Assembly (NCBI GenBank): GCA_029573015.1
Contig: JAKQHK010000077.1
Span: 1-45,234 of the forward strand
Origin: a bacterium
Lineage (GTDB): Bacteria; Patescibacteriota; CG2-30-54-11
Length of the DNA: 45,234 nt
Direction: 5' to 3'
A model generated the notes under the pieces. It did not search any database, was not told where the DNA came from, and saw nothing but the letters and a program-made list of their open reading frames with translations. Both the position numbers and the translations under genes were made by a program. Shown here in pieces: positions 39,329-45,234 of the stretch (its first letter is position 1; each line of letters opens with the position of its first letter).

Positions 39329-40318
39329 TCATATCACCTCCGCTCCCCTGCTCGGCTTGCAGATAAAAAGTTTCTCGATCCCCTCTAACTTCTCTATCTC
39401 TCTTCTCAAATCTCCCAAATCTTTCTCCTGACACATGATCTTGACTTGCGGACCTGCATCCATGGTCAGATAAACAAGCAACCCCTGATCTCGTAAAGCA
39501 TGCACGAAGTGAATAAGCTCAACTGTCCTTGCAGTCCAGTAGATGATGGGCGGCTGGGTCGTCTGCATGAGCGCATGCATTTTCAAAGCACTGATCTCAG
39601 CCCTCTGGGCTACTGCTTCGAAATCTTTATCCAAAATTCCCTGCTCGACAACAGCCAAATCATCAGCAACAGTCTCCAGCCAGGATGAATAATACGGACT
39701 GGTTGCCACACTCTGCGCCATGCCAGTTCTTGAGCTAACCTTCTTTTCTTCCAAGGTAATCACCGGGATCACCATCCGAAAACCCCAATCCATTTCAGGC
39801 GACTGGATCGAGCACGCAAAACTGTCCGATCCATCTGCCTGCTCGCCTTTTTTCCATTTGGTAAACCCGTCAGGGATCGAACGCGATGCTGAACCAGAAC
39901 CACGGCGAGCCAGAATAGAAAGTTCACATTCAGACAGATTCAGACCAGCTGCACGGCTGGCGGCCAAACTTAGAGCCGCAAAGCCGCTAGCACTGCTGGC
40001 TAATCCCGCACTCATGGGAAATGTGGCAGTAGAAGCAACCCGTGCTTTCATCGCTATCCCTGCCATTTCGCGTACATTGTCTAAATGTTTGATGACTTTA
40101 TCCCGTTTTGCATCTTGCAATGGCACGCTAGCAAACAATACTTCGTCTGCAGTAAGATCAGCATCAAATTCGACTGATGTCTCGGTATACAGCTCACTCA
40201 AGCACACAGAAATCGAACTGTTCTGCGGCAGAATGAGTTCCTCATCCCGTTTCCCCCAGTACTTTACGAGCGCAATATTAGCTGGTGCCCTGGCAGTTAC
40301 TTTTTTAAATTTTGTCAT
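39329..40318 (-). CDS. mvaD: Diphosphomevalonate decarboxylase
   Basis: ANIALVKYWGKRD...ILPQNSSIS, GLASSASGFAA, RRGSGSASRS, SSRTGM, TMDAGP. Confidence 0.95.
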   Translation of the reverse strand: MTKFKKVTARAPANIALVKYWGKRDEELILPQNSSISVCLSELYTETSVEFDADLTADEVLFASVPLQDAKRDKVIKHLDNVREMAGIAMKARVASTATFPMSAGLASSASGFAALSLAASRAAGLNLSECELSILARRGSGSASRSIPDGFTKWKKGEQADGSDSFACSIQSPEMDWGFRMVIPVITLEEKKVSSRTGMAQSVATSPYYSSWLETVADDLAVVEQGILDKDFEAVAQRAEISALKMHALMQTTQPPIIYWTARTVELIHFVHALRDQGLLVYLTMDAGPQVKIMCQEKDLGDLRREIEKLEGIEKLFICKPSRGAEVI

Positions 40319-40369
40319 CTGCACGATATATTAGTATGTTTATTACTTCATCTATTCTGTGGTTTTATA

Positions 40370-40404
40370 AGCTCATCGCTCAAAGCTGACAGCTCATAGC
40401 TTAT
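40370..40404. repeat. AGCTCAT-like heptamer tandem repeat at purH 3' end
   Basis: AGCTCAT CGCTCAA AGCTGAC AGCTCAT AGCTTAT. Confidence 0.8.
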
Positions 40405-42029
40405 TAATGCCTGAAATGCCTCATGCCCGTAAAGACCATAGCTATCCCCAGCTCGTCACAGGCTGCGATGACCTCGGCGTCCTTGACCGATCCGCTAGGC
40501 TGGACAACGTAACGAAGCCCTGCTGCCTGAATCTCCTCGATACTATCCCGGAACGGAAAGAAAGCTCCTGAAGCAAGCACGCATTTCCCAAGCTGATCCT
40601 GAATGTATTCTTCCAATGTCTGATGTCTTATGTCTAATGCCTTGTACTCCATCTCCAGATTCTCCCGGGCTTTGGGCACTGCCAGCTTGCGGATAGCATC
40701 CACTCGGTTGGGCTGGCCAGCGCCGATGGCCAGGATTTGAAACGAACCATCGGCGTACTCGCGGGCAATGACGATCTCATTGGACTTAACATACTTGATT
40801 GCCTGAAAGGAAAATCGAGCCGTGGCGTCCAGCTGTTTCGGAAATTGGGCTTCGGTAACGCATTCCCATTTTTCGTACACCCCATCATCCTCATCCTGAC
40901 GCAATACGCCACCATGAATGTATTTACAGACCTTTCGACCGCGCTCAAGCTTTAAGGCAGCCCCTCCTCCTACTTCGAGTAAACGCAAATTTTTCTTGTT
41001 ATTGGTACTCACCCATTCGAGCACATCTGGTGCAAAAGAAGGAGCGATCAACATCTCTACGAACTTGCCTGTCAGAAACTCCATAAATATCACGTCAACC
41101 TGACGGTTGCAGGCAATAACAGATCCATACGCAGAAACTTGATCTCCTGCCCAAGCGCGTTCCAGTGCCTCGCGGGGCGTTGCTCCAGTTGCCAGACCGC
41201 AGGGATTGGTATGTTTGACAACCGAGACCGCGCACGAATCGAACTCCAGAACTGCCTCCAATGCGCCATCGCCGTCAACATAGTTATTGAATGAAAGCTC
41301 TTTGCCCCATAGTTGTTTCGCTGTAACCAAAGAAGGATTCGTATACAACTCATCCGTATACACTTCCGCGCTTTGATGCGGATTCTCTCCATAACGTAAA
41401 GCTGCACCATTAACGAATTTCTGCCGTAATACTCGTTTTTGCTGCAACTGCTTTTCGAGCGAGACGTGGATCATAGCGTCATAGTCAGCCGTATGGTCGA
41501 AAGCCTTGATTGCCATACGAGTGCGGAATTCCTTGCTGGTTACTCCGGAATGCGCATCTAGCTCACTAATCAGTTCCGGGTAGTCTTGCGGATCGACAAT
41601 CGCGGTCACATGCTTCCAGTTCTTAGCTCCAGCCCGAATCATGGTCGGACCGCCGATATCGATGAGGTGCCGCAGCTCTGCTTCGGTTACGCCCTCCTTG
41701 TCGGCTACTTCGCAGAACGCGTACAGATTGCAGACAACGATATCTATAGGGATGATCCCGTCAGCTTCCAACCGCTGCACATGCTCCGGGTTGTCCCTAT
41801 CAGCAAGCAGGGCAAAGTGAATCTTGGGATGGAGCGTCTTAACAAGCCCCTCGGGATACTCGGGTGATCCGGTAGCATCAGCAACTTCGGTGACCGGAAT
41901 GCCTGCGGCTATCAGCTGACGGGCAGTGCCACCAGTGGAAAGGATTTCATAATCATGTGTAACCAAAGAATTGGCAAGCTCGGCAACCCCTTCTTTGCGA
42001 AACAGACTGATTAATGCCCTTTTCTTCAT
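40404..42029 (-). CDS. purH: Bifunctional AICAR transformylase / IMP cyclohydrolase
   Basis: RALIS, STGGT, VKTLHP, IDIGGP, LRYGENPHQ, KHTNPCG, FFPFRD, RHFRH. Confidence 0.98.
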   Translation of the reverse strand: MKKRALISLFRKEGVAELANSLVTHDYEILSTGGTARQLIAAGIPVTEVADATGSPEYPEGLVKTLHPKIHFALLADRDNPEHVQRLEADGIIPIDIVVCNLYAFCEVADKEGVTEAELRHLIDIGGPTMIRAGAKNWKHVTAIVDPQDYPELISELDAHSGVTSKEFRTRMAIKAFDHTADYDAMIHVSLEKQLQQKRVLRQKFVNGAALRYGENPHQSAEVYTDELYTNPSLVTAKQLWGKELSFNNYVDGDGALEAVLEFDSCAVSVVKHTNPCGLATGATPREALERAWAGDQVSAYGSVIACNRQVDVIFMEFLTGKFVEMLIAPSFAPDVLEWVSTNNKKNLRLLEVGGGAALKLERGRKVCKYIHGGVLRQDEDDGVYEKWECVTEAQFPKQLDATARFSFQAIKYVKSNEIVIAREYADGSFQILAIGAGQPNRVDAIRKLAVPKARENLEMEYKALDIRHQTLEEYIQDQLGKCVLASGAFFPFRDSIEEIQAAGLRYVVQPSGSVKDAEVIAACDELGIAMVFTGMRHFRH

Positions 42030-42065
42030 ATATACTCCTGTGTATTCCGTTAATCCGTATTCCTC

Positions 42066-42107
42066 AGCTCATAGCTCAGTGCTCTCAGCTCATGGCTCAA
42101 AGCTACA
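42066..42107. repeat. AGCTCAT-like heptamer tandem repeat at purH 5' end
   Basis: AGCTCAT AGCTCAG TGCTCTC AGCTCAT GGCTCAA AGCTACA. Confidence 0.8.
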
Positions 42108-42109
42108 AG

Positions 42110-42160
42110 AAAAAAAGATTAAAAAACCCTACACGGACTATATTACTCCATGTAGGGTCT
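42110..42160 (-). terminator. Intrinsic terminator in the ftsH-purH interval
   Basis: Minus strand ACCCTACATGGA-9 nt-TCCGTGTAGGGT (one G-U pair, which fixes the strand), followed by TTTTT AAT CTTTTTTT. Confidence 0.85.
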
Positions 42161-42166
42161 GTATTT

Positions 42167-42247
42167 GCTTTACGCAGGCTGCTTAAAATAATAATCGGCG
42201 TGCCTCCCCGCTGTGCATTGCAAGCTGTGCGAGCATAATGCACGCCG
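42167..42247 (-). ncRNA. Candidate structured leader upstream of purH, ZTP (pfl) riboswitch-like variant
   Basis: P1 CGGCGUGC/GCACGCCG encloses CU-CGCA, a P2 hairpin and GGGGAG. An AU-rich linker leads to GCAGCC-UGCG-UA-AAGC, which can pseudoknot with CGCA. Sits before a terminator and purH. Confidence 0.45.
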
Positions 42248-42256
42248 CCCGGTCTG

Positions 42257-44131
42257 TCAAGCGGATACGGCTGGTTCTCCCATGATCTTCTCAAACTCCT
42301 CACCTTCCAGTGTTTCCTTCTCGATAAGTGTTGCGGCAATGATATCCAGAAGAGCTCGTTCCTTCTTGATGATGCCAGTCGCCTTGTCATATGCCTCTTT
42401 CATGATCACACTTACTTCATCATCAATCTGCTTGGCAATTTCCTCGCTGTAATCTCGCTGGCGCATGATGTCTTTGCCGAGGAAAATATCTCCACTTTTT
42501 TCACCGAAGGTCTGCGGCCCCATGCGTTCGCTCATACCGTATTCGGTTACCATCTTGCGAGCAATGCGCGTTGCTCTCTCTAGATCGTCGCGTGCCCCGG
42601 TCGTCACGTCATTGAATACCATCTGTTCAGTCGCATGACCGGCAAGCATGGCTGCGATCATATCCTTGAACTGGGAACGGGTCCAGTTGGTCCGGTCTTC
42701 CGCCGGCAGGAACCGGGTATACCCGGCCGCCATGCCGCGGGCAATGATGGATATCTTGTGCACCGGGTCAGCATGGGGCAGTTTATGCGCCACAAGTGCA
42801 TGCCCGGCTTCATGATAGGCAGTAAGTTTTTTCTTCTCTTCGGTAACCACCCGGCTTTTGCGCTCCGGGCCGGCGAGGATACGGTCTACCGCTTCCTCCA
42901 ATTCCTCCATACCGACTTTTTTCTTGTTAGCGCGTGCCGCCAGGATAGCGGCTTCGTTCATGACATTTTCTAGATCAGCGCCGGAGAATCCCGCAGTCAG
43001 CTTGGCAACGGTTTCTAGCTTCACATTAGCTTTGAGCGGTTTGCCACGGGCATGGATCTTCAGGATGGACACACGACCCTTGATGTCAGCCTGATCCAGG
43101 ATCACCTGCCGGTCAAACCGGCCAGGACGGAGCAACGCCGGATCAAGGACATCGGGGCGGTTGGTCGCGGCCATAACGATAACGTTCGTATGGATATCAA
43201 ATCCGTCCATTTCCACCAAAATCTGATTGAGGGTCTGTTCCCGCTCGTCATGTCCGCCTCCCAGACCTGCACCGCGGTGACGACCTACTGCATCGATTTC
43301 ATCGACAAACACGATGCAGGGCGAGCTCTTCTTGGCCTGATCGAACAGGTCGCGCACCCGCGAAGCCCCGACGCCGACAAACATTTCGACGAATTCGGAA
43401 CCGCTAATACTGTAGAATGGCACGCCTGCTTCACCGGCAACCGCACGGGCCAGCAGGGTTTTCCCGGTGCCTGGCGGTCCGACCAGCAGTACACCACGCG
43501 GGATGCGTGCTCCCAGCGCCGCGAACTTCTGCGGCATTTTCAAAAATTCCACGATTTCTTTCAGTTCCTCCTTGGCTTCCTCCAGGGCGGCAACATCATC
43601 GAATGTGGTACGCTTTTTTTTATCGGCTTTAGACTTCCCTTCCTTGCCTTCTTCCTCCTCGCCCCCCTCTTCTGCATAGAGCTTCGCTTTGCTCCGGCCG
43701 AATGAAAAAGCACCGCCGCTTCCGGCACCACCGCTCGCCTGCCGCATCATGAACAGGATAAATCCGATGATCAAAACCGTCGGTACGATTGCTGTTATCA
43801 GATCTAGCCAGACACCTTTCATCTGTTCATTTTTGAATTCCAGCGGCACACTCGCCAGATCTATCCCCTGATCAGAGAGCACCTGCAGAAAATCCATGCT
43901 CTCGCTGATTTCCGCCGTCAGTTTGCTTCCATCCTTAAGCTCGACTTCGAGCTTGTCCTTCTGGATAATTACGGAATCAACCTGTTCATCCTTGATTTCG
44001 CTGATCACCCGGCTGATGCTCACTTTTTCCGAACTGCTGGAAAAGGGCGTCACCATGGCATAGAGAAATACAAAACCAATGATGGCGAGAATGATGATGC
44101 CAAGATTGTTGCGCAACCAATCTTTTTTCAT
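42257..44131 (-). CDS. ftsH: ATP-dependent zinc metalloprotease FtsH
   Basis: Two TMs, [40 protein letters not shown]. Confidence 0.99.
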   Translation of the reverse strand: MKKDWLRNNLGIIILAIIGFVFLYAMVTPFSSSSEKVSISRVISEIKDEQVDSVIIQKDKLEVELKDGSKLTAEISESMDFLQVLSDQGIDLASVPLEFKNEQMKGVWLDLITAIVPTVLIIGFILFMMRQASGGAGSGGAFSFGRSKAKLYAEEGGEEEEGKEGKSKADKKKRTTFDDVAALEEAKEELKEIVEFLKMPQKFAALGARIPRGVLLVGPPGTGKTLLARAVAGEAGVPFYSISGSEFVEMFVGVGASRVRDLFDQAKKSSPCIVFVDEIDAVGRHRGAGLGGGHDEREQTLNQILVEMDGFDIHTNVIVMAATNRPDVLDPALLRPGRFDRQVILDQADIKGRVSILKIHARGKPLKANVKLETVAKLTAGFSGADLENVMNEAAILAARANKKKVGMEELEEAVDRILAGPERKSRVVTEEKKKLTAYHEAGHALVAHKLPHADPVHKISIIARGMAAGYTRFLPAEDRTNWTRSQFKDMIAAMLAGHATEQMVFNDVTTGARDDLERATRIARKMVTEYGMSERMGPQTFGEKSGDIFLGKDIMRQRDYSEEIAKQIDDEVSVIMKEAYDKATGIIKKERALLDIIAATLIEKETLEGEEFEKIMGEPAVSA

Positions 44132-44225
44132 GATCGTTCACCTGTATATTCATAATGCACCACCTGAGGAATCAGCATTGCAGAACGCTGTCGCTCAGGT
44201 GTGCGTACGGTAATCGGGTATATGA

Positions 44226-45233
44226 TTATTTGGTTGTAACCAGCTGCTCTGCTGATTTCTGGATTTTTTCCGCAGTTGCCATACGGATCCCGGGGATCAG
44301 GGACAACTGGGATATGGTGGCACTGGCTACCTTGGCGACGGTTTGATAGCCGGCATCATACAGCTTTTCGGCAGATGCCGGTCCCACACCCTCGAGCTGT
44401 GACAGTTCGGCTACGGCAGTATCCTTGTCGATCACCGGCAGCTCATCGACTGGTGCAGGTGCCTCCGGGATCGCAGGCTGGACCTCTGCCTGAACTGGCG
44501 CTGGCTCACTCTGTACCGGTTCTTCCCTCTCGAGCACTGCAAGCTCCTCTGGTTCCGGAGGCAGTGGTTCTGCCGGTGCGGTAACGGACGGAGGAGGCGG
44601 ATTCTTGCCTGTCTCTCCTTCGAGGGCTTCGGGATTGGACTGTTTGAAACTCAAACCCAGCCGCTGTCCTTCGCGGTCAAGCAGGATAATCTTGAAATCA
44701 GCCTCCTGACCTTCCTGCAGGACATCAGCCGGATCTTTCACATGGAATGCGGAAAGCTCCGAGATATGCACGAGACCATCGAACCCGGGTTCGAGCTGGA
44801 CAAACGCGCCATAGTCAACAATCTTGGTAACTTTGCCTTTGATGACCTGACCCATCTCATACTTCTGGGCGATCTTCAGCCAGGGGCTTTCCTTGAGCTG
44901 CTTCATGCTGAGGGAAACCCGACGGGCTCCCTCCTCGATGCCGATGACCTTGACCTCGACTTCCTCGCCGACTTTCACGAGATCACCGGGATGATTGACA
45001 CGGTCCCAGGACATCTCGGAAATATGAACCAGACCGCTTGCCGAACCAAGATCGACGAATATCCCAAAGTCCTTGATGGCAACCACGCGGCCTTTGACCG
45101 TATCTCCGACCTTGAAATCAAGCTCCTCGACGGGTTTGAAACCCTTGGTGTGCTGGAGATAGGTCCGTTCCGAAAGAATCAACCGATTGGTGGCACGCTC
45201 GTATTCGATGATCTCGGTGGTGAACTCCTCACC
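44226..45233 (-). CDS. rpsA: 30S ribosomal protein S1-like protein (5' truncated) with C-terminal helix-hairpin-helix extension
   Basis: Frame is open to the window end. Consecutive S1 domains (DFGIFVDLG..GLVHISEMSW, DYGAFV....DGLVHISELS), a Pro/Glu-rich linker, then LEGVGP..AEKL...GY..IPGI...AEKI. Confidence 0.88.
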   Translation of the reverse strand, partial: GEEFTTEIIEYERATNRLILSERTYLQHTKGFKPVEELDFKVGDTVKGRVVAIKDFGIFVDLGSASGLVHISEMSWDRVNHPGDLVKVGEEVEVKVIGIEEGARRVSLSMKQLKESPWLKIAQKYEMGQVIKGKVTKIVDYGAFVQLEPGFDGLVHISELSAFHVKDPADVLQEGQEADFKIILLDREGQRLGLSFKQSNPEALEGETGKNPPPPSVTAPAEPLPPEPEELAVLEREEPVQSEPAPVQAEVQPAIPEAPAPVDELPVIDKDTAVAELSQLEGVGPASAEKLYDAGYQTVAKVASATISQLSLIPGIRMATAEKIQKSAEQLVTTK

Positions 45234-45234
45234 G

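Noticed and set aside
42110..42256. Guanine, PRPP (ykkC-type) or THF riboswitch upstream of purH
   Set aside because: Their core motifs (e.g. UUUCUACC and matching kissing loops; CUAGGGUUCCG) are absent. Only the ZTP-like layout fits, and partially.
42103..42390. 95 aa minus-strand ORF or ATT-initiated leader peptide before purH
   Set aside because: Overlaps the ftsH end in another frame and runs through the terminator; no credible start codon after the GGAGG.

Overview
Bacterial chromosomal segment, almost all genes on the minus strand. Gene content (mevalonate-pathway enzymes, class II RNR, short YidC, DsbA, Ca-binding surface protein) suggests a Patescibacteria/CPR-like organism; this is inference only. 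The left half is housekeeping and envelope genes: nrdJ-nrdR with tandem NrdR boxes, a GT39 glycosyltransferase, miaA, corA, pheS, infC-rpmI-rplT, M16 peptidase, DsbA, an ExeA-like ATPase, YidC, a TSP3-repeat surface protein, a frameshifted lipoprotein and a TMEM43 homologue. The right half is an approximately 20 kb co-oriented de novo purine cluster (purH, purC-purE fusion, purA, purB, purD, purM, purN, purF). It is interleaved with mvaD, mvk, a RAYT-type Y1 transposase and many unrelated single genes, and lies downstream of rpsA-ftsH. Most notable: (1) a purH leader with ZTP-riboswitch-like architecture, a doubly compensated pseudoknot and altered pocket bases; (2) an orphan gene bracketed by identical 30 bp REP-like palindromic repeats, whose promoter spacer is an (AGT)6 microsatellite; (3) a PAICS-like purC/class II purE fusion; (4) an ExeA-like ATPase with a degenerate Walker B and AT-hook tail; (5) heptamer tandem repeats on both sides of purH and purF. 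No tRNA, rRNA or CRISPR array was recognised. All calls come from motif recognition by eye; no searches were run.
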